From: a virus
Virus record (IMG/VR): IMGVR_UViG_3300028394_000001
Location: 32,001-96,000 of that record
DNA: 64,000 nt
Reading direction: 5' to 3' (one strand)
The notes beneath the pieces are model-generated. The model had not been told where the DNA came from. It worked only from the letters and a program-made list of their open reading frames with translations, and did no database searches. This document shows, in pieces, positions 57,101-64,000 of the stretch (position 1 is the first letter of the stretch; every line of letters begins with the position of its first letter). The position numbers were made by a program, and so were the translations under genes.

Positions 57101-57636
57101 CCACAAGAAAGAAAATTTTTATAGTGGCGGGCAATGTCCAAGAGTTTGAAGCCTACAAAGCAAAGAAACTCCATGAGTGGACCGAATATGGTGGAGAATT
57201 AGAAGGATATTTTCCTGAGTATGTCTGTGTGCATAATGCATGGCAACTTAAAGGCCTGAATGAAATAGAAGGATACTATATTGGGTCCTATAAGAACAGA
57301 CCTGATTTGGATGAGATAGAATGGTGCATAAAAGCCATTAAGGGTAGGAAAAATAACGTAGATAACTTAAAGGGTGTTGCTGCGGCCGCCATTGCAAACG
57401 GTTCCAATGGTCTATCAGGTAAATCAATTCCGCAGGTCGATACAACAGCCGTTGGTACTATGTTACCACATACTATGTTACCAATAGGTACCGGTGGTAT
57501 AAGTTCAAGTATTACAAATGGCGCCACAGCCGTTACTCAGTATAGTTATCCGAACCCTAATTTGGAACAAAGAACGAAGGCGCTCGAAGAAGCCTTAGAG
57601 TGGATAAAAAAACAAATAGACTCTGCGGCCTCCTGA
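57097..57636 (+). CDS. Hypothetical protein
   Basis: Coupled ORF, last of the + strand block. Confidence 0.6.
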   Translation: MTTRKKIFIVAGNVQEFEAYKAKKLHEWTEYGGELEGYFPEYVCVHNAWQLKGLNEIEGYYIGSYKNRPDLDEIEWCIKAIKGRKNNVDNLKGVAAAAIANGSNGLSGKSIPQVDTTAVGTMLPHTMLPIGTGGISSSITNGATAVTQYSYPNPNLEQRTKALEEALEWIKKQIDSAAS

Positions 57637-57967
57637 AAAAAAATTAGGAGGCGAAAATAGTGAAAATTTGAAAGCTGCTTGGAGGGGCCAGAAAATAAAA
57701 TGGAAAAGAAAAGAGTTTCGCCATGGAGAACTTTTTCTTAGCACAGCCCGCCGGCGCGCCATAGCCTGTCGCCGGCACTGCTGCCAGCCCCTGTCAAACC
57801 ACTGTGCTTCCAAGCAGTGCTGGGGCTTGACCCCCAGCCCCACCTGTGTTATACTGGCCGATTAGCCTTGTGGATTATCTTGCCAACCACAGAGCAATCC
57901 AAAGCAGGCCCGATTCTCCCAGCCATATCATAACCCATCAAAATATTAACCATGTCCATCCAAAGCA

Positions 57968-58075
57968 TTATCCTGCCCTCCAATAAATTGTATCCATTAC
58001 CAATACCACCACGACCAGCATATAAACGGCACAGAATGCCATGCCGGTCAGGACCTTTTCCATGTCCTTGTCCAT
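57968..58075 (-). CDS. Small membrane peptide (35 aa)
   Basis: MDKDMEKVLTGMAFCAVYMLVVVVLVMDTIYWRAG. Confidence 0.5.
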   Translation of the reverse strand: MDKDMEKVLTGMAFCAVYMLVVVVLVMDTIYWRAG

Positions 58076-58076
58076 A

Positions 58077-58310
58077 TTATGCTTCCAATCCCTTGAGAGC
58101 CTCAGAGGTACGCTCCTCGAAGCATTCTAGCCAGTGCGCTTGCTGTGCCTTGGTCATCTCAGCAAACATGGACAGGACCGTGCTCTCCATGTAACCTGCC
58201 GAGAAGGCGTAGGTCTTATGCTTTTTAACAGAGGTTTCACCGAAGGTCCTCAAGAGCTCTTGCATACGGAGGGTACGGACTTTGCTTGCTGCGGATTGTG
58301 TCTTGAACAT
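58077..58310 (-). CDS. Early hypothetical protein
   Basis: Downstream of a repeated early promoter. Confidence 0.7.
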   Translation of the reverse strand: MFKTQSAASKVRTLRMQELLRTFGETSVKKHKTYAFSAGYMESTVLSMFAEMTKAQQAHWLECFEERTSEALKGLEA

Positions 58311-58320
58311 TTTGCTTCCT

Positions 58321-58385
58321 AGTTTCGTTTAGATGGTGCCATTATACCAGAGTCCAGTGGTCCTGTCACAAACTAGAGTTGCGAT
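58321..58385 (-). promoter_or_regulatory. Repeated early promoter module
   Basis: TCGCAAC..GTGACA-17-TATAATGGCACCATCTAAACG; near-identical to 59436-59500. Confidence 0.8.
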
Positions 58386-58603
58386 CCTAGGAATTCTTCA
58401 GGCAGGTAGCCTAGAAGCTGTTCCTCGGGGCAGCACATTAGGAGACCTTCGATGGCTGTCAGGTCACCCATGGCTATGTCGGTTTTAATCTGCTCCAGGA
58501 CGGCATCGATTAGGGAAGCAGGGTCATCCTTGAATAGTTCGGCACGGGTCAAGGTTTGTCCTTGTAAGCGTTGCATCAGGTCAGCTTTGTAATTTTCGTT
58601 CAT
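58373..58603 (-). CDS. Early hypothetical protein
   Basis: ORF in the minus-strand early block. Confidence 0.65.
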   Translation of the reverse strand: MNENYKADLMQRLQGQTLTRAELFKDDPASLIDAVLEQIKTDIAMGDLTAIEGLLMCCPEEQLLGYLPEEFLGSQL

Positions 58604-58650
58604 TTTATGCCTTAGAGGGGGCTTGACAAAGCAAGCCCCTTGTGATATAA

Positions 58651-58920
58651 TCAGCCCTTGGTCACAATAACTGCGGACGGTTTGCGATTCGCTTTGAGAG
58701 CTTTAGCGCCTACAGGAGCAGTCAGCTTTTCCAGTTTAGCTTTCGCTTTTGCGATAGCAGCTTCCTTGCGAGCAGCTGCCATAACCACTTTATCTTGCTT
58801 GATAGCGAAACGCTCATGAGCATATTGTTTAGCCATCTGAGCGACTTCAGCTTTGAGAGCTTTCAGCTCAGCACGCTTGTTTGCGAGAGCAGAACCGAGA
58901 AAAGATTTTGATTTAGCCAT
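58651..58920 (-). CDS. Lys/Ala-rich basic early protein
   Basis: AAGGA RBS, MAKSKSF start; promoter at 58954-58982. Confidence 0.7.
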   Translation of the reverse strand: MAKSKSFLGSALANKRAELKALKAEVAQMAKQYAHERFAIKQDKVVMAAARKEAAIAKAKAKLEKLTAPVGAKALKANRKPSAVIVTKG

Positions 58921-58978
58921 TTTAAAGTTTCCTTTTTTGTTTACGATGGGTGTATTATACACCCGGTTTAGTGAAATG

Positions 58979-59359
58979 TCAAGCAACCTTAGTTGCGAAA
59001 TCATAGTTTTTGGAAATGTAGCCGTAAGGCACGCCCAGCAGGTATTCGGCAAAATCAGGATCACCAGCGGCACCTTCAGCCTCCATGATCCAACGGATGG
59101 CCGTGGCACGGTCTTGAGCACCAGTGGCCATCAGGTTGGCCAAACGAGCCTCGAAGCGCTCGATGGCCTGACCTTCATTAAAGGCCCGCAGGAGCTCCTC
59201 TTGGCGAATGGCCAGCTCGAGAGCTTCGAATTCAGCCACGAACATTTCCTCGGTCCAGTGGGTGGTATCCACGTGGCGAGGACGGATGCCGTGAGCGTCC
59301 TTGTACATATCCCAGTAAATACACTGGAGCTCTTCGGTGCGGGTCATTTCGTTGGTCAT
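58979..59359 (-). CDS. Early hypothetical protein
   Basis: DMYKDAHGIRPR motif. Confidence 0.75.
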   Translation of the reverse strand: MTNEMTRTEELQCIYWDMYKDAHGIRPRHVDTTHWTEEMFVAEFEALELAIRQEELLRAFNEGQAIERFEARLANLMATGAQDRATAIRWIMEAEGAAGDPDFAEYLLGVPYGYISKNYDFATKVA

Positions 59360-59435
59360 ACTGTAGGCCTTAAATTAGATGGTTGATCCGTGCTTAACTT
59401 TTTGCTTTCGCGTGTCTTGCTTTTTGGATCAACCT

Positions 59436-59500
59436 TATTTCGTTTAGATGGTGCCATTATACCAGAGTCGGTCGTTCCTGTCACAAACTGTAGTTGCGAT
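59436..59500 (-). promoter_or_regulatory. Repeated early promoter module
   Basis: GTGACA-17-TATAAT; direct repeat of 58321-58385. Confidence 0.8.
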
Positions 59501-59506
59501 TTAGGA

Positions 59507-59731
59507 TTATTTCAGGACCTTTTTGGCCAGACGGAGAACCCGAGCCTCGATTTGGTATATCCGAGGGCCTGTGATTCCGTGTTCCTTAGCCAGCTGATTG
59601 ATAGCGACACCGTGGACTATCCGATCCACCATGATATTGTAGTCCCTTTCACTGACCTTGGAGGCCAGCTTGGTTGCCAGCATATCCTGAAGGCGGGAGG
59701 TGTAGACTGCGGCTTCGGTATCTGTTAGCAT
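59507..59731 (-). CDS. Stand-alone sigma70 region-4-like HTH protein
   Basis: SERDYNI..LAKEHGITGPRIYQIEARVLR. Confidence 0.7.
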   Translation of the reverse strand: MLTDTEAAVYTSRLQDMLATKLASKVSERDYNIMVDRIVHGVAINQLAKEHGITGPRIYQIEARVLRLAKKVLK

Positions 59732-59740
59732 GACCAGTCC

Positions 59741-59869
59741 TTATTTGGCAATCACCTCGACGGTAGCCGCCTTGACCTTGGTGAGGCCCACGTCGGCTAT
59801 CTTAGCGAAGCCTGTGAAACCAACCGTAGCCACTATGATACCAAAAGCCATGCCTAATAGAAAATTCAT
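59741..59869 (-). CDS. Small membrane peptide (42 aa)
   Basis: AAGGA RBS; MNFLLGMAFGIIVATVGF. Confidence 0.6.
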   Translation of the reverse strand: MNFLLGMAFGIIVATVGFTGFAKIADVGLTKVKAATVEVIAK

Positions 59870-59878
59870 TTTTTGTCC

Positions 59879-60187
59879 TTAATCGTGAGAGAAACCATAG
59901 TCCTCATCCGTACCGAAGCCCGCAGAGGCCATGGCCGAATCGTGGTCACCATCCATATCGACACCGAAATTCTCCTCTTGATCCTCATCGGTCCAGCCTT
60001 CGACATAGGTGCCGTCCTCAGCAAGAGTCTCCGTATATTCACCGAAACCCACACGGTAGGCGATAGGGTCCATCTCCTTCAGCACTGCGCTAGCCAGGAA
60101 AGAGGAGTAGCCCAGAGTAACCTCAGGGTATACCTCATCCAGCATTTGGTCATAGCGTTCGTAGGCTTCGTATTCGGAGAGTATCAT
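59879..60187 (-). CDS. Acidic early protein
   Basis: LKEMDPIAYRVG; C-terminal DSAMASAGFGTDEDY. Confidence 0.72.
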   Translation of the reverse strand: MILSEYEAYERYDQMLDEVYPEVTLGYSSFLASAVLKEMDPIAYRVGFGEYTETLAEDGTYVEGWTDEDQEENFGVDMDGDHDSAMASAGFGTDEDYGFSHD

Positions 60188-60218
60188 TTTCGTTTCCTTG
60201 TTTCGTTTAAGTGGTTGT

Positions 60219-60840
60219 ATTATACCACAACCAGTGGGAATGTCAAGCGAAAAATCACAACAATGGTTGCGAAATGGGGGCTTGACAGGGGCTCTGGATT
60301 GTGATAGGATGGAGGCACACCGACTGTGGGCGAATCGATAGAGTCCCTCTATGAGGCCTCAGAGGCTGATAGAGAAAAACAATAGGCGGAAGGGCTTGAC
60401 AAAGCTCAGAAACTCTGGTATAATGGACGCATGATTCGAAGCAATGAGCGGGATGGACGAGGAGAGTGGTCGTTATATTCTCAGAGCACCTCAGAGACCT
60501 GCGATAGTTTTTATCAATCGAAAACCTCGAAGCGATAGCGAAAATTGTGCGGAAAACGCTTGACAACCTTCGGATTTTCTGATATAATGCTGGATTATTC
60601 TTAGGAAAATCGGACACACAGACTAAACTTCGCTAAACTGTCTTAATTGCGACATATTATATCGTGGATGCGACAGGTTGCGACATATACTGCGGGCTGT
60701 TGTTTTAATGACACAAAAATGCACTTATTTGCACTAAAATATCAAATCGCAACTATTATCACTTGACAAGCAATACTGTACCGGTCTCTAATGTCTTTCC
60801 AAATAGTGCTTGACATTTTCTCGGATCCGTGTATAATGGC
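60219..60840. promoter_or_regulatory. Divergent early promoter cluster
   Basis: One - strand promoter (60219-60246) and four + strand promoters with TTGACA at 60282, 60396, 60560 and 60810. Confidence 0.8.
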
Positions 60841-60871
60841 ACTCATGTTAAACGATAAGAGCGATTATAAA

Positions 60872-61117
60872 ATGAATTATTATATTATTGGTGAATCTAG
60901 CAAATTTTCTGCTGATACTACCCCCGAGTTTTATTATTACAGTTTATTTGCTGATTCTAAACTAATCGGTACCTTTGTTCATAATACCGAATTTGATACT
61001 TTTACTGTAAATCATTCGGAAATTGATATTGGTGACGGTAAAACTGGTTGGTTGACTGATACTGTAGATAGTATGGCGGAAGCGATTCGCTATATTAAGC
61101 AGGAAGAATTAGTTTAA
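60872..61117 (+). CDS. Early hypothetical protein
   Basis: First ORF after promoter 60810. Confidence 0.6.
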   Translation: MNYYIIGESSKFSADTTPEFYYYSLFADSKLIGTFVHNTEFDTFTVNHSEIDIGDGKTGWLTDTVDSMAEAIRYIKQEELV

Positions 61118-61139
61118 TTTATAGTAATTAGGATATATT

Positions 61140-61313
61140 ATGACATTCGGACAAGCAATGGCGGTAGTTTCTCGCTTCGGTTACTCTAATAAATGCGAAT
61201 CATTTATGGACGCTATTGAAACAATGGAACTAGAATATGCGGACTTAACATCGGTCGAGCAGGATGCTTTTGATACTGTGGTATCGGAGTATGAAATGCT
61301 GGCGGAATATTGA
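61140..61313 (+). CDS. Early acidic protein (57 aa, absent from ORF track)
   Basis: AGGA RBS; MTFGQAMAVV... Confidence 0.55.
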   Translation: MTFGQAMAVVSRFGYSNKCESFMDAIETMELEYADLTSVEQDAFDTVVSEYEMLAEY

Positions 61314-61317
61314 TATT

Positions 61318-61518
61318 ATGAAAAATATAAATGAAATAAACGCAAAATATAATGAGTTATGTTCTGCTGTAGATATGGTCGATTGGAAATTGAGAGAATT
61401 TACCAAAGTATTCGATCCGCAAATTGATAATTTATATCTTACCAATGAACCTATGCATGATTTACTGATTAAAATCGGTGAAATGCTGGAACAATTGGAA
61501 CAAGCGGAAAACAATTAA
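61318..61518 (+). CDS. Early hypothetical protein
   Basis: ORF in operon. Confidence 0.6.
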   Translation: MKNINEINAKYNELCSAVDMVDWKLREFTKVFDPQIDNLYLTNEPMHDLLIKIGEMLEQLEQAENN

Positions 61519-61528
61519 GGTAGATATT

Positions 61529-61798
61529 ATGGCGAATAAGATATTATTTAATTCTCGGGAACTAATGAATAGCACTACCGCAGGTGAATCGAAGGTAGTA
61601 TATTCGGTACCATTTACTTTTGATAATAATGGTTATACCCATCTCCATGAAGCGAGACATAATCTATCCTATGAAGAGCAACAATTCAAGGATAATATTG
61701 TGAATAAAATAGAAGCGGCATTAACCGACCGTGAAATGTTTCTGGTCCATATATCTTTTTCTACTATGCGAATGGTAGTCGGAATTAGTCCAAAATGA
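61529..61798 (+). CDS. Early hypothetical protein
   Basis: AAGGT RBS. Confidence 0.6.
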   Translation: MANKILFNSRELMNSTTAGESKVVYSVPFTFDNNGYTHLHEARHNLSYEEQQFKDNIVNKIEAALTDREMFLVHISFSTMRMVVGISPK

Positions 61799-62010
61799 AA
61801 ATTATTGCAAACTGTGCAAGTTATAACGATTATAAAGATGTCCTCTTTATGATGGAATCGGATGATTATCGTTTGTCCGATCCTGATTATGGATATACTA
61901 AAGTATCGGCCGGAGAATATATGCATAAATTGCGGAAATTCATTACTCCTGACGGAGTTTATTCTGTATTTTCTGACTGGTCTGTAAAGAAAGACCAGGA
62001 TCGCAACTAA
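61795..62010 (+). CDS. Early hypothetical protein
   Basis: Coupled ORF. Confidence 0.6.
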   Translation: MKIIANCASYNDYKDVLFMMESDDYRLSDPDYGYTKVSAGEYMHKLRKFITPDGVYSVFSDWSVKKDQDRN

Positions 62011-62077
62011 GGTTGCTTGACAAATCCTTGGATTCGTGTATAATGGCACTCATGTTAAACGCAAACGGCAATAAATT

Positions 62078-62827
62078 ATGAAATTATTATCAGTCGGTAA
62101 TCCCAAAACGCTCAAGGGTATGACTCAAGGTTATATGACCTATATTCTGCACCTTGCTCCTGCTACATTATCAGGACATAATACTTGCCCCAAAGCAACG
62201 GCAGGTTGTATTGCTGCCTGCTTGAATACTGCTGGTCGCGGCGGTATGTTCAAAAAAGGTGAAAATACCAATGTTATTCAAAAGGCACGGATCCGTAAAA
62301 CTGTATTCTTTTACGAAGAGCGTGCTGGTTTCTTTGAGTGGTTGGTCGCTGATATTAAATTAGCAATCAAGCAGGCAGCGAAACAAGGTCTGGTTCCTGT
62401 GTTCCGCCTCAATGGTACCTCTGATATATCATGGGAAAAATATACTGTCGAGGTAGACGGTGTGACATATATCAATATTTTCGCGGCATTTCCTAATGTC
62501 CAATTCTATGACTACACCAAGGTGCTAGGTCGTAAAGTAAATAATATTGCTAATTATCACCTGACATTTTCTGCTGCTGACGGTAATGATGCTGATGTAA
62601 TGTCGGCGATGACCCAAGGTTATAATATTGCTGTAGTATTCGGCATCAAAAAAGGTTCAGCAATGCCTGAGACCTATAAATTTATGCCTGTATTTAACGG
62701 CGATGAGTCGGACCTGCGTTTCCTGGACCCTGCAAACTCTGTGGTCGGTCTCTATGCAAAAGGTAAAGCGAAAAAGGATACCTCTGGTTTCGTAAAATAC
62801 CCTTCAATTATGCTCAAATCGGCATAA
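62078..62827 (+). CDS. GP88-family protein with Cys cluster
   Basis: CP.AT.GC.AACL, RLNGTSD, FYDYTK, GDESDLRFLD; promoter at 62017-62044. Confidence 0.78.
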   Translation: MKLLSVGNPKTLKGMTQGYMTYILHLAPATLSGHNTCPKATAGCIAACLNTAGRGGMFKKGENTNVIQKARIRKTVFFYEERAGFFEWLVADIKLAIKQAAKQGLVPVFRLNGTSDISWEKYTVEVDGVTYINIFAAFPNVQFYDYTKVLGRKVNNIANYHLTFSAADGNDADVMSAMTQGYNIAVVFGIKKGSAMPETYKFMPVFNGDESDLRFLDPANSVVGLYAKGKAKKDTSGFVKYPSIMLKSA

Positions 62828-62851
62828 TTATTATTTAATTATTTAATTATC

Positions 62852-63091
62852 ATGAAAATATCTTTTAATTCTTTCGCTAATTACTCGGCACAGGCAGAAT
62901 ATTCTAATATCCCAATTAAATATCTTTCTGTATTTCGGGAAATATCTAAAATCACTGGTAAATATTACAAACTGCGATACCGTGGTCCCCGTAATACTCC
63001 TGCCGATGCGTTTCCTAATCGAAACCGTAACTGCCGCCAGTCTACCTGCCTGAAGCAGAATGCGGTTACTTTCTCAGCATATGAATATTGA
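62852..63091 (+). CDS. Early hypothetical protein
   Basis: RYRGPR motif. Confidence 0.6.
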   Translation: MKISFNSFANYSAQAEYSNIPIKYLSVFREISKITGKYYKLRYRGPRNTPADAFPNRNRNCRQSTCLKQNAVTFSAYEY

Positions 63092-63143
63092 TGTTGTTTT
63101 AATACAACACTGGCTTGACATATCCGTTGGATTCTGTTATAAT
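63092..63143 (+). promoter_or_regulatory. Palindrome plus sigma70 promoter
   Basis: TGTTGT-N6-ACAACA; TTGACA-17-TATAAT. Confidence 0.8.
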
Positions 63144-63171
63144 ATAGTTTGATTTGTTGATAGAGGTAATT

Positions 63172-63681
63172 ATGGAAAAAGTATTTAATTCTGGTGTTAA
63201 TCCTGTTCACTCTGGCCTGTATGTGGTCGACCGTGGTGAGAAACTCGGTACTCCGTATCGCTGGTTCGATGCCGAGTCTCAGGAATGGTCACGCTGCGAG
63301 TATCTCATGGAAGATGTGATGCAGGCCAAAGGTAAGACTGGTGCTCTCGGTTTCCTACCGTGGCGTGGTCCTGTCAAGGTCCTGGCCAAGCAACCTGTGA
63401 CCGTTGAATTGGTCGCCAATATTGAGACTGTCAAGGTAGCAAAACCCGCTAAAGCACCAAAAGCACCTAAGGCTGTCAAGGTAGCAAAAGTCAAAGTAGC
63501 GAAAGCATCTACTAAAGAAACCTTTGCAGATGGTACTATCGTGTTCCGTGCAGACCGTCAAAAATATATGGCCTGGTTCGGTGGTAAATCGGAAGCGGCC
63601 CGTCCTACGGTCGATGCTGCAAAATCATTTCTGACCAAAAAGTATGGTATCACCGAGTTTGTTGTGATTGATAACAAGTAA
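63172..63681 (+). CDS. Early protein with a KAP/KVA-repeat linker
   Basis: GAGG RBS before ATG 63172. Confidence 0.68.
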   Translation: MEKVFNSGVNPVHSGLYVVDRGEKLGTPYRWFDAESQEWSRCEYLMEDVMQAKGKTGALGFLPWRGPVKVLAKQPVTVELVANIETVKVAKPAKAPKAPKAVKVAKVKVAKASTKETFADGTIVFRADRQKYMAWFGGKSEAARPTVDAAKSFLTKKYGITEFVVIDNK

Positions 63682-63690
63682 GAGGTTAAT

Positions 63691-63939
63691 ATGAAAACTG
63701 CTGATATTAAAAAAGGTATGCGTGTCCGTATGCGTAATGGCTGGTACGGTACTATGATGGATAACCAACGAGGTACAACCCGTATGGTCGAGGTAGAAGG
63801 TTATTTTACTGAAATTGGTTCGGTCTATTCGCATGATATTGTGATGGCCTTGCCTGTCAAAGGTGGTATTTGGGAGATTATCGACCACACCACTAAAGAG
63901 TTACAAGTCCAAGAGATGGACGCTCAGATTTTTGGTTAA
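63691..63939 (+). CDS. Early hypothetical protein
   Basis: GAGG RBS. Confidence 0.68.
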   Translation: MKTADIKKGMRVRMRNGWYGTMMDNQRGTTRMVEVEGYFTEIGSVYSHDIVMALPVKGGIWEIIDHTTKELQVQEMDAQIFG

Positions 63940-64000
63940 AGGATTATTATGACTTCAATTTTTATTGTTCGTGCAGAGACCCGGGGATGTCCTGAGAGTT

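Noticed and set aside
57668-60304. Plus-strand ORFs 57668..57865, 57952..58194, 58853..59386, 59390..59728 and 59873..60304
   Set aside because: No RBS support; most are shadows of minus-strand genes that have promoters and RBSs.

Overview
A 64 kb, AT-rich segment of a large T4-like myophage genome. The host is probably an aquatic Gram-negative bacterium (inferred from the spanins, GH19 endolysin and IscU/ErpA, LpxH-like, Hsp20 and peptide deformylase genes). In order, it carries: (1) a replication block (gp45, dsbA-like, gp44, gp62, regA) with auxiliary genes; (2) a tRNA island of about 7.7 kb with 30 tRNA genes covering all 20 amino acids, several unannotated structured RNAs, a YkuK-like RNase H and a DUF2828/vWA protein; (3) gp43, uvsX and gp41; (4) a glycan-modification cluster; (5) late genes for probable capsid-internal proteins and a lysis cassette; (6) gp61, thyX, nrdA, nrdB and rnh; (7) a promoter-dense, divergently transcribed early region. 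Three observations stand out. A 35-codon leader ORF that uses 31 different codons (19 amino acids) overlaps a terminator/antiterminator switch just upstream of the tRNA array, suggesting a general tRNA-depletion attenuator. Four copies of a covarying hairpin RNA with a CAGCAA motif, two carrying anticodon-like stem-loops, are linked to the DUF2828/vWA gene. An RNA-ligase-like gene with a capsid-targeting-like N-terminus is split at a GAC-UAA site. Together these suggest a phage system that protects the tRNA pool. All family calls come from motif recognition by eye; no database searches were run.
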